Assembly: GCA_963729715.1 (NCBI GenBank)
Contig: CAVSPA010000013.1
Location: 1-28,104 of the forward strand
Direction of reading: 5' to 3'
DNA length: 28,104 nucleotides
Source of the DNA: an uncultured delta proteobacterium
GTDB lineage: Bacteria > Desulfobacterota > Syntrophia > Syntrophales > UBA2185
Part shown: piece after piece, positions 1-8,367 of the stretch
How the letters are laid out: the number at the start of each line of letters is the position of its first letter
How positions within the stretch are numbered: position 1 is the stretch's first letter
Made by a program: the position numbers and the translations under genes
Notes under the pieces: generated by a model
What the model was told of the DNA's origin: nothing
Seen by the model: the letters and a program-made list of their open reading frames with translations, nothing else
Database searches by the model: none

Positions 1-873
1 TCCGAGGGGCCTACCCTCATCTCCTGGTTGGGTAGAGTCGAGGCGCGGACCGGACTTCGTATGATGCCGACGTTTCCTCGTCCCCCCCGCTCATTCCGTA
101 CGGCGGGTTTTCCCCGATACGGCTGGAAGGCTCGCTTTCAAGTGGGACCTTCCCTGACTGTTTCCAGCTTAAGTTTGCTCCCGACATACGCTCGTTCCGG
201 CCTGGTTTGTCACCACCCTTAGTGTACCAATCAAGTCCGCCCTCTTTTCCTGCTCAGTGTCAGGTCGACGCCTTCTTGATACACCGCCTTGGAGGGTAAT
301 AAGCCCTCCGCCCCAGGGGTCCTCGCTCTGGTCCGGGTTATGCTGTCCCGGTCCGTCATCACTTAATCGACCCCCTCCGCCCCTCTCGCAGGCACATCGC
401 GTCTTCGCCACCTTTGTGACTTATGCTCGATGTCTTCGCTGTGCGGGGCGCCTAGGCGACCCGCGAGAGGTTCCGAGCTTTTGCTGTTCATTCCTTCCTA
501 ACATGCCATCCTCTTCAACCCCGGGGAGTTCAGTCATCGTTCTTGTCCAATATTTCGATGCCGACATGGGCCTTCGCCAAGCTGCAAACGGCTCGGCACT
601 CCCGATATTCCCGCCATCCGTTTCACGCGGGGCCACATTTCGGGGCTTCTCTGGTTCGCTCTTGCTACGGCCTGCTAGGTTGCTCGTCCCCCTGGACGGA
701 TCAAACTAGGACTCTCCCAGCCTCCGGGGACTTTTACTTCCAGGCTTTCGATGAGTTGGTCACCCTTCTCATCGCTGGATATAACTACGGCAGTCATTGG
801 ACCCCTCTGCCGGCGGGACTTTCACCCGCTGGAATAACAGCTAGCCTCGCTGCACTGCAGCCTCGTGGCGCAC
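1..873 (-). mobile_element. Outer group II intron, 5' part only; interrupted by the inner intron and running off the window edge
   Basis: Canonical GTGCG 5' end at 873 (GTGCGCCACGAGGCTGCA, 873-856). It resumes after the inner intron as CAGGAGATGAGGGTAGGCCCCTCGGA (26-1), which resembles a domain I stem-loop. Confidence 0.72.
27..855 (-). mobile_element. ORF-less group II intron (inner intron, about 829 nt)
   Basis: The minus strand starts GTGCAGCG at 855. Domain V CAGCCGTATCGGGGAAAACCCGCCGTACGGAATG lies at about 125-92 with the AGC triad. A domain VI-like stem ends CTCTACCCAAC at 27. The EBS1 hairpin GCCG-TTTGCAGCT-TGGC is at 592-576. No RT/maturase ORF in the ORF track. Confidence 0.88.
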
Positions 874-897
874 TTACGATATCGAAATAAAAAATCC

Positions 898-926
898 TTG
901 ACATAATTGTTTAGGTATATGCTTAA
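898..926 (+). promoter_or_regulatory. Probable sigma70 promoter with ArsR-type operator
   Basis: TTGACA at 898-903, then an imperfect palindrome TTAGGTATATGCTTAA (911-926) just upstream of the ArsR gene. Confidence 0.55.
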
Positions 927-961
927 TTGATTAAGGAATGTGGAATGTAAGTACGGAAGCA

Positions 962-1435
962 ATGACGATGGAACCTGTCCAGATTTTTAAAACCCTAGCG
1001 GATGAGACGCGGTTCAAGCTGATCAAGCTGTTGCTGACCCATGACCTTTGCGTGGGGGCCCTGGCAAAGCACCTGAGCATATCGGAAGCGGCCGTTTCCC
1101 AACATTTGAAATTTTTGCGGAAAGCGGAATTGGTCAGGGGGGAAAAGCGGGGCTATTGGACCCATTACACGGTGGAAAGGGAGAAGCTGCACGAGCTGGC
1201 CGGACTCCTTGGAGAATTGACCGATCTGCAGCCATGTCCCGAAAGCGTTTGTATCAAAAAACTAAATAACAAAATCGATTGTCACAAGGAGGAAGAAAAA
1301 ATGTGCGACTGCAAGTGTCAGTATCCGGAGAAGTTGAAAGGGAAACCTGAGGAGTGCACCCTTGAGCAAATCAAGGAATGCCACGGGGACACGGAACATC
1401 CTTGCGTGGACAAAAAGGAAAAGAAAAAAGAGTAG
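962..1435 (+). CDS. ArsR/SmtB family transcriptional regulator with Cys/His-rich C-terminal extension
   Basis: FKTLADETRFKLIKLL..LCVGALA..ISEAAVSQHLKFLRKAELV..EKRG winged-helix signature. Start uncertain (938, 962 or 968). Confidence 0.9.
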   Translation: MTMEPVQIFKTLADETRFKLIKLLLTHDLCVGALAKHLSISEAAVSQHLKFLRKAELVRGEKRGYWTHYTVEREKLHELAGLLGELTDLQPCPESVCIKKLNNKIDCHKEEEKMCDCKCQYPEKLKGKPEECTLEQIKECHGDTEHPCVDKKEKKKE

Positions 1436-1551
1436 TGGGGATGCGTAGCGCATCAATGGGTCATTCCGTCGATTGCCCAACAGACCAAGGGCATGGCGAC
1501 TTGACGATCTTGGAAGGGGCCCATCCTCCATTCACAAAGGGAGATTGATTA

Positions 1552-2709
1552 ATGGGTAAGACGGTGACGATTCAAGGGTTATTTTTGTCCTTCTTCCGAC
1601 TTGGACTGACGGCATTCGGCGGCCCTGCAATGCTGACACACGTCAGGGAACTCTCGACCCGCCGCCATCAATGGATCGATGAGACTGATTTTAAAAACGG
1701 CGTCGCCCTCTGCCAAGCCATACCGGGGGCCATAGTCATGCAAGTGGCCGCGTATGTCGGACTCAAGGTTCGGGGAATTCCCGGGGCATTGGCTGCCTAT
1801 GTAGGTTTCGCATTACCAGCCTTCATCCTGATGTTGATCCTTTCGGCTTTATATGCCCGATTTAACAGCCTTCCAAAGTTCATCTCTCTGTTTAATGGCC
1901 TTCAGGTGATAGTCGTTGCGATCATTTTTAATGCGGTCTTATCTTTCGGCAGGAACATCGTAAACAATTACAAAAGCATTATCGTAGCGATCTTGTCTGC
2001 TCTCTTGTTCTGGTTGCGTATAAGTCCTTTTACTGTCATCATTGGAGCCGGAATTCTTGGCATGACATTGTTTAGGGTATCTATTTCGAGTGCTTCTTCT
2101 TATGACGATAAAGGAGAAAGAAAGTGGAACACAAAGGAACTCGCTGGTCTTTTGGTCGTATTTTTCGTCTGCCTTGCCGGTCTATATTTTATTAGCCCTA
2201 TCCTCTTCAGTCTGTCTGCAGTAATGCTCAAAATAGATCTCTTCGCCTTCGGAGGAGGCTTTGCCTCACTTCCACTTATGCTTAATGAGGTGGTGATCAA
2301 CCGGGGATGGCTGGACAGCAAGACCTTTATGGACGGAATAGCCCTCGGCCAGGTAACCCCGGGTCCCATTGTTATTACAGCAGCCTTTGTGGGATATTTG
2401 GTCTATGGGATTATGGGTGCGATCACAGCGACAATCTCTATATTTACACCTTCATTCTTTCTGGTGGTTACAATTGCACCATTTTTTGACCGGTTGAAGA
2501 ACTCCGTATATTTTATGAGAGCGATAGATGGGATTTTCGCATCCTTTGTGGGGCTGCTCTTATATGTTTGCATCAAATTCACAATGACTGTTCCCTGGAA
2601 CGCTATCAAGATTCTTCTGGCACTCGTGGCATTAGTCGCTTTGCTTCGCAAGATAGACACCCTGTATATAGTATCAATAGGAGCCGTTATTTCCGTATTT
2701 GTTTTGTAA
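1552..2709 (+). CDS. chrA: Chromate ion transporter (CHR family, long chain)
   Basis: Two homologous halves: LGLTAFGGP..QAIPGA and DLFAFGGG..GQVTPGP. Hydrophobic. SD GGGAG upstream. Confidence 0.93.
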   Translation: MGKTVTIQGLFLSFFRLGLTAFGGPAMLTHVRELSTRRHQWIDETDFKNGVALCQAIPGAIVMQVAAYVGLKVRGIPGALAAYVGFALPAFILMLILSALYARFNSLPKFISLFNGLQVIVVAIIFNAVLSFGRNIVNNYKSIIVAILSALLFWLRISPFTVIIGAGILGMTLFRVSISSASSYDDKGERKWNTKELAGLLVVFFVCLAGLYFISPILFSLSAVMLKIDLFAFGGGFASLPLMLNEVVINRGWLDSKTFMDGIALGQVTPGPIVITAAFVGYLVYGIMGAITATISIFTPSFFLVVTIAPFFDRLKNSVYFMRAIDGIFASFVGLLLYVCIKFTMTVPWNAIKILLALVALVALLRKIDTLYIVSIGAVISVFVL

Positions 2710-2977
2710 GATGATTTAAATCAACCAGTATTTCTAATGGTAATCGTTAGGTCTCATAGGTACTCAATTCTAAGGATAAGGTAGGTGAAGCCAATAAAAA
2801 GGTTTGCCTTGGTAAGTCTAAAAGAAAAACACACACTCCTTCCTGAAGTCAAGCATGTCAATATTCTGCCGTTGATACTAGATTTCAAACTGTATTCAGT
2901 GATGACAGAAAATATTGCCTTGATATTCCTTTTCAATCGCAATTTATCCTGGAAGAAAAATAGAAGAAAAACAGAAC

Positions 2978-3006
2978 TTGACAATTGTCACGTGACGCGT
3001 TATCAT
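2978..3006 (+). promoter_or_regulatory. sigma70 promoter with overlapping palindromic operator for higBA-1
   Basis: TTGACA (2978-2983), 17 nt spacer, TATCAT (3001-3006). Palindromes TGACAATTGTCA (2979-2990) and GTCACGTGAC (2987-2996). Confidence 0.75.
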
Positions 3007-3012
3007 AAACGC

Positions 3013-3294
3013 ATGATAAAGACCTTTTCTGATAAACATACTAAGGATCTTTTTGAAACGGGGAAATCGAGAAGGTTTAAACCGGATCTTCTCAGAAGAG
3101 CTATACGCAGACTCGAATACATTGACTTTGCAACGTGTATTGACGATCTTAAAACGCCACCGAGTAACCGCCTTCACTCTTTGAAGGACGACAGAAGCGG
3201 ACAACATGCAATATCTATTAACGACCAATGGCGCATATGCTTCCGATTCGTTGATGGCGATGCATATGATGTCGAAATAACCGATTACCATTAA
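3013..3294 (+). CDS. higB: HigB-type (RelE/ParE superfamily) toxin
   Basis: MIKTFSDK..PPSNRLHSLKDDRSGQHAISINDQWRICFRF..DVEITDYH. True start is the ATG at 3013, not the ORF-track start at 2785. Confidence 0.92.
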   Translation: MIKTFSDKHTKDLFETGKSRRFKPDLLRRAIRRLEYIDFATCIDDLKTPPSNRLHSLKDDRSGQHAISINDQWRICFRFVDGDAYDVEITDYH

Positions 3295-3305
3295 TGAGGT
3301 TTACT

Positions 3306-3620
3306 ATGAGTTCAGCAAATAGAATAAATCGCAAGATAAAACCAACCCACCCAGGGGAAATGCTACGCGAGGATTTTATACCGGATTATGGGTTAACTGT
3401 GTCCGGACTTGCCGGAACGCTTGGGGTATCACGTCAGACAATGAATGAATTGCTGCGAGAACACAGGTCACTGACACCTTTAATGGCATTGCGTCTAAGC
3501 AGGTTATTTGGAAATTCTCCGGAATTTTGGCTTAACGCACAAAGAGCTGTTGATCTGTGGGATGCTCAAAACAGTCACCGTAATGACATAAAACGCATCA
3601 AGCCGCTGAAAGCAGCATAG
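3306..3620 (+). CDS. higA: HigA antitoxin (XRE HTH)
   Basis: PTHPGEMLREDF..MALRLSRLFGNSPEFWLNAQ..DLW. Start at 3306 (GAGG upstream) or 3294. Confidence 0.92.
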   Translation: MSSANRINRKIKPTHPGEMLREDFIPDYGLTVSGLAGTLGVSRQTMNELLREHRSLTPLMALRLSRLFGNSPEFWLNAQRAVDLWDAQNSHRNDIKRIKPLKAA

Positions 3621-4033
3621 GATACTGCGGTGATTTGGCTATTTTGAAATATTATGAGGCAACTTTTCTTTATTGAAGCCTTCCTCAATAGCCCGACAGA
3701 TATTTCCGGTATACTGTACTTCACTTCCTAATCAACGTAATGACATATTTCGATTCACTCAAATCGAAGGCCTTTTCTGACAAAGGCCTATTCTACAGTT
3801 GACTGATAACGAGACATCCTATAGAATATACTTACGTCATCCAAAAAGAAGGGGGACGTCATTTGGCATATCCGCACTCTATACATCTTCCTTATTTTCA
3901 TTCTCCTATCTTCGACGCCTTTTCTCCATGCTGCACGGAACGGCGCATAGCCCTGGTCACCGGCAACGGCTAAGAGGGAGACCAGAAAGGGTACGCAGGC
4001 CACGTGCCGGGAATATCTCAAAGGAGGAAAATC

Positions 4034-4417
4034 ATGAAAAAGGTAATTGTAGTTCTGGCGATTATGTTCCTGTCAAGTATGGCGGCACAGGCACAGATGG
4101 GCGGTGGGATGATGGATCGTGGAATGATGAATCAAGGTCAGGCCGGGGAGTCGCAGTCATCTCCGGTGGCCACTCCCGGAGCGAGAATATTCAGGGCTAA
4201 TTGCGCGAGCTGTCATGCGGACGGGGGAAATGTTGTAGCACCCAATTTGCCCCTGAAAGGTTCCCGTATGTTGGCGGACTTTAAAACATTCCTTAATTTC
4301 ATTCGCCATCCCGAAATGCCTGATGGATCTAAAGGCGCAATGCCTGCCTTTACTAAATCTAAAATATCCGAGCAGCAGGCGAAGATACTCTATCAATTTA
4401 TTACCGCAAAATACTGA
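4034..4417 (+). CDS. Periplasmic monoheme cytochrome c (c6/c553-like)
   Basis: AGGAGG SD, Sec-type signal peptide, CASCH heme motif, distal AMPAF Met ligand. Confidence 0.88.
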   Translation: MKKVIVVLAIMFLSSMAAQAQMGGGMMDRGMMNQGQAGESQSSPVATPGARIFRANCASCHADGGNVVAPNLPLKGSRMLADFKTFLNFIRHPEMPDGSKGAMPAFTKSKISEQQAKILYQFITAKY

Positions 4418-4430
4418 GGAGATCCAGAAG

Positions 4431-4757
4431 ATGAAGAAATATCTTGAAATATCTCTTATGATAATAACCGGTCTGCTTGTGTCCTGCGCCCGTGAAGGTT
4501 ACTATGGCCCGCAAGGTCCCGGTGGATGGGGTCCCATGATGCATTATGGATTTGGATATGGAGGGATGTTTATGTAGATAATACCCCTGATCGTCATTGG
4601 ATTGCTGATCTATTTCATTGTTCAGTCCCAGAAAACGAAGGGCCGGACGCCGACACAGAATGAAAGCCCCCTGGATATCCTGAAATCACGTTACGCCAGG
4701 GGTGAGATAACGAAGGAAGAATTCGAAAGGATGAAAAAAGATATCGGCGAATTATAG
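4431..4757 (+). pseudogene. SHOCT-domain membrane lipoprotein interrupted by in-frame TAG at 4575-4577
   Basis: Lipobox LLVSC. The frame continues GGMFM*IIPLIVIGLLIYFIV..ESPLDILKSRYARGEITKEEFERMKKDI (SHOCT motif) to TAG at 4755-4757. Confidence 0.8.
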
Positions 4758-4777
4758 AATCATAAAGGAGAGGAAAT

Positions 4778-5140
4778 ATGAAGCCATGCATGGCTGTGCT
4801 CATCATTGTTTTATGCTTTAGTCCCGTCCTGAACGTCTACGCTCAGTCTCACGATGATCCAGGGACCAGTGCAAACTACGACCGCGGCAAAGCTCTCTAC
4901 AAGAAAAACTGCCAGTTTTGTCATGGCGCCAGAGGAGACGGAAATGGCCCGGCGTCTGGCTCCATGTACCCGAGGCCTGCCGATTTCACCAATCCCAACT
5001 TCTGGAAAACAAACAATGACGATAAGATTGCCGGAATCATCAGGAACGGACTCGGCATGATGCCCGCATTCAGGATTTCACCCGATGGTATAAAGACCAT
5101 CATCGAATATATTTCTCATACGTTTAAGCGGAACCGTTAG
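4778..5140 (+). CDS. Periplasmic monoheme cytochrome c
   Basis: Signal peptide, CQFCHG..GDG.GP..P.PADFT, distal MMPAF. Confidence 0.88.
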   Translation: MKPCMAVLIIVLCFSPVLNVYAQSHDDPGTSANYDRGKALYKKNCQFCHGARGDGNGPASGSMYPRPADFTNPNFWKTNNDDKIAGIIRNGLGMMPAFRISPDGIKTIIEYISHTFKRNR

Positions 5141-5220
5141 ATAATATTTTTTATTGGTGTCCAAATCATTGTATCTAAGCGGTGAATTCGATCATGCGAT
5201 TTCAGAATGGCGGAATAGAA

Positions 5221-6561
5221 ATGTCGGGAGAAGTATTTAAAGCTGCGGCCTTTCTTTTTGCACTTGTGTTATTCACTCTCTTTCTGCCGGATAACGCTTT
5301 CAGCGTTCCCAGTTTTAAACGCCAGACAGGCATGTCGTGCAACGCCTGTCACACGGCATTTCCCGAGTTGACTCCTTTCGGGCGCGCTTTCAAATTGGGC
5401 GGCTATACTCAAAGTAACAGCGACAAGCCCTATGAGTACCCCCCTCCGATAGCAGCAATGGTCCAGGCGTCTTATACAGAAGCGAAGGGCTTGAACACGG
5501 GTATCGCTCCTTTTAATAACGGGGTCAATGACAAAATTAATATCCCCCAGCAGGCCAGTCTGTTTTATGGAGGAACAATTTACGGCAATGCAGGGGCATT
5601 CGTGCAACTTACCTACAGCGGCATCAGCAACAGTCTCAATCTGGATAACACTGATCTACGTTATGCCGATGACGTAACATTGGGCGGGAGACCATTGGTT
5701 TACGGAGTTACAATCAACAACAATCCCACGGTTCAGGATGCCTGGAATACTACCCCGGCCTGGGGCTTTCCCTATGCCACTTCCGCCGTCGCCAACACAC
5801 CGGCTGCATCTGCGGTAATAGATGGCGGTCTTGCCCAACAGGTTGGAGGCGTTGGCGTCTACGGCTATTGGAATAACCTCATCTACGGTGAGCTCTCAGT
5901 CTATGGCACAAACCGCAGAGGCATAACCAGACCCCTGGGCGCCGGCACAACGACAGATACTGTTGTCGACGGTGCTGTCCCTTACTGGCGTCTGGTGCTG
6001 CAGAAGGTCTGGAAGGAGCATTCCTTTTCACTCGGCACTTACGGCCTTGTGGCAAATATTTTTCCTTCCGGCAACACCGGCGGGCCGACAGACAAATTCA
6101 CTGATACGGCACTGGACGCCCAGTATCAGTTCATCGGCAAGAAGCATATATTCACCATGCAATCGACATGGATCCACGAAAGACAGGACTGGGATGCCAG
6201 TTTCGCCACAGGCGCTACCGCGAATTCCTCGGATTATCTTGACACGTTTAGAATCAACGTCAATTACTATTACAGGGCAGATATTGGAACCGTAGGCGGG
6301 ACGGTCCGCTACTTCTCTACGACCGGGAGTTCAGACCCCGTACTGTACTCACCAGCGCCGGTAAGCGGCAGCAACACAGGCAGTCCGGACAGTCGGGGTT
6401 TCCTGTTTGAGGCGGATTATCTTCCGCTGGAGAATGTTAAACTGTCGCTACAATATATAATGTACGACAAGTTCAACGGCGACCGGTCAAATTATGACGG
6501 GTCCGGCAGAGACGCCTCCGACAATAATACGGTATATCTCGTGCTCTGGCTCTTGTTTTAA
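5221..6561 (+). CDS. Cyc2-like outer-membrane cytochrome c / beta-barrel porin fusion
   Basis: After the signal peptide: VPSFKRQTGMSCNACHTAFPELTPFGRAFKLGGY. Then about 380 aa rich in amphipathic beta strands, ending in Phe (YLVLWLLF). Confidence 0.82.
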   Translation: MSGEVFKAAAFLFALVLFTLFLPDNAFSVPSFKRQTGMSCNACHTAFPELTPFGRAFKLGGYTQSNSDKPYEYPPPIAAMVQASYTEAKGLNTGIAPFNNGVNDKINIPQQASLFYGGTIYGNAGAFVQLTYSGISNSLNLDNTDLRYADDVTLGGRPLVYGVTINNNPTVQDAWNTTPAWGFPYATSAVANTPAASAVIDGGLAQQVGGVGVYGYWNNLIYGELSVYGTNRRGITRPLGAGTTTDTVVDGAVPYWRLVLQKVWKEHSFSLGTYGLVANIFPSGNTGGPTDKFTDTALDAQYQFIGKKHIFTMQSTWIHERQDWDASFATGATANSSDYLDTFRINVNYYYRADIGTVGGTVRYFSTTGSSDPVLYSPAPVSGSNTGSPDSRGFLFEADYLPLENVKLSLQYIMYDKFNGDRSNYDGSGRDASDNNTVYLVLWLLF

Positions 6562-6854
6562 CTGCTGAGCAGCCGTGGGGAGTTTTAGTGTTACTCTCTT
6601 TCCATCGTTAATCCTCGATCTGGGTAAATGTCCCCGCTGAACATAGGTAGGTGAAGCCCGCAATTCCTCCGGGTCGGCGATCTTGATCAATTGCCAATCG
6701 GATTTTTTGTAAGTCCTTCCTGAAATCATTAGGCCGAACAGTTTCATCTCTATAGTAGATTTCTTCTGGAAACAGTGATATCTGAAAAGCCTATTAGAGA
6801 ATAAAATTCATGAACCCTTAAACCCTGCGTGAGGGTGCTATGGACTGATTGTTG

Positions 6855-6885
6855 AAACCCCGTTTCTCGAAAGAGGCGGGGTTTT
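6855..6885 (+). terminator. Intrinsic terminator-like hairpin directly upstream of the isochorismatase RBS
   Basis: AAACCCCGTTTCTC-GAAA-GAGGCGGGGTTTT followed by T-rich sequence. Confidence 0.7.
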
Positions 6886-6903
6886 GTGTTTGAGGAGGTA
6901 ATT

Positions 6904-7575
6904 ATGAAATGGACCAATAAGATTTTGGGATTTATCTGCCTGTTCCTTCTTATCTTTTGTGCGGCCACGCCTGTTCTTACAGTAAAGAGCGCTGATATGA
7001 TGCAAGCGAATCACTCAGCGCTATTAGTGATGGACGTTCAAAACGGAATCGTTCAGCGTTTCGCTGAAAAACCAGAAGTCATGGTTCCATTTCAACGTGC
7101 CGTGAGCGCTGCCCGTCGTGCTGGGATTCCGGTTATTTTTGTTCGTGTCGCGTTCCGTAAAGGCTACCCTGAAGTAAGCGCAAAGAACAAAATGTTTTCG
7201 GCCATCACAAAATTTGGAAGCATGACCATTTCTGATGCTTCGACGCAAATTCATTATTCGGTAGCGCCGCTTCCGGATGAACCCGTCGTGACGAAATTAC
7301 GCGTGAGCGCGTTTGCCGGTAGTGATCTTGAGATTATTCTCCGCGCCCGTAAGATCGACACGCTAATTCTAACTGGTATTGCAACAAGCGGTGTTGTCCT
7401 TTCAACTTTGCGAGAAGCTGCGGATAAGGATTACGGGCTCGTCGTTCTTTCCGATGCGTGTTTAGATGCAGATCCAGAAGTCCATCGCGTGCTGGTTGAA
7501 AAGTTGTTTCCCCGTCAGGCGGATGTTTTAACCGTGAGTGAGTGGGCTGACACCTTACTGAAGCAGGGAGAATAG
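6904..7575 (+). CDS. Isochorismatase-like cysteine hydrolase family protein with N-terminal signal-like segment
   Basis: ALLVMDVQN, VVTKLRVSAF, GIATSGVVLST..AADKDY..LSDAC. SD GGAGG. Confidence 0.88.
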   Translation: MKWTNKILGFICLFLLIFCAATPVLTVKSADMMQANHSALLVMDVQNGIVQRFAEKPEVMVPFQRAVSAARRAGIPVIFVRVAFRKGYPEVSAKNKMFSAITKFGSMTISDASTQIHYSVAPLPDEPVVTKLRVSAFAGSDLEIILRARKIDTLILTGIATSGVVLSTLREAADKDYGLVVLSDACLDADPEVHRVLVEKLFPRQADVLTVSEWADTLLKQGE

Positions 7576-7645
7576 ATGCAGAATTAATGCAGGGAATGTT
7601 AATTCGCAGTGTTTGTTTAAAAAATTAAAGGTATATGGAGAATTT

Positions 7646-8140
7646 ATGCGAGAGCAACTTATCAACAAAATGAAAAATACCTTTGGCGACGACACAAAGA
7701 GAATCAACCACGCTTTGGCGGTCCTTCATTTTGCCGAGGAAATTCAGGTGGCAGAGGGAGGCAACCTCGTAATCGTCCAAGCTGCGGCTATTCTCCACGA
7801 TATAGGCATCCAGGAGGCGTTTAAAAAATACGGATCCACGGCTGGTGTACACCAAGAGATTGAGGGCCCGCCGATTGCAGACATCATTATGAAATCGCTT
7901 GAAATCGACGACGAGACCCGTCGGCATGTCTGCCTGATCGTTGGCAGTCACCACAGCGGCAATAAAATAGACACTCAGGAGTTCCGCTGTATCTGGGACG
8001 CAGACTGGATCGTCAACCTGAGTGGCATGTATGCAACATGGTCCCCGGAAAAAAAACAGCATACAATCAAGAAGTATTTCCGCACGGAAACAGGAAAACG
8101 CTTGGCCCGGGCAAGTCTTGGACTGGAAAAGGAAGGGTGA
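7646..8140 (+). CDS. HD-domain metal-dependent phosphohydrolase
   Basis: RINHA..AAILHDIG..HH..WDAD motifs. Confidence 0.88.
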   Translation: MREQLINKMKNTFGDDTKRINHALAVLHFAEEIQVAEGGNLVIVQAAAILHDIGIQEAFKKYGSTAGVHQEIEGPPIADIIMKSLEIDDETRRHVCLIVGSHHSGNKIDTQEFRCIWDADWIVNLSGMYATWSPEKKQHTIKKYFRTETGKRLARASLGLEKEG

Positions 8141-8367
8141 ATACAAAATAAATGGCCATCATCACAGAAAATGGATGAATGCATGAATAGGCTCAGGACT
8201 TCTTTCTTTGCATTTCAGAAGCATTCTCATTTGCTTCTTCCTGAAATCCTCAAACCGCTAACTTCGATTTTCATTGTAGAGTTCAACCGGTAATCCTCAA
8301 CACACAATGGATATTTCTCCGTGATTGATGTATAGAACCACATTCATATGTGGGAGGGTGCACATCG

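Noticed and set aside
28..890. Short ORFs on both strands within 28-890
   Set aside because: They overlap the structured intron RNA and show no RT or other recognisable motifs.
2785..3012. N-terminal extension of HigB in the ORF track
   Set aside because: It runs across the promoter and the degenerate repeat; HigB homology starts at 3013.
3960..4012. Loose resemblance to a c-di-GMP-I riboswitch (ACC-A-GAAA-G-GGT-ACGCA-GGCCAC)
   Set aside because: The GCAAA and GACGCAAA core elements and the second stem are not convincingly present.
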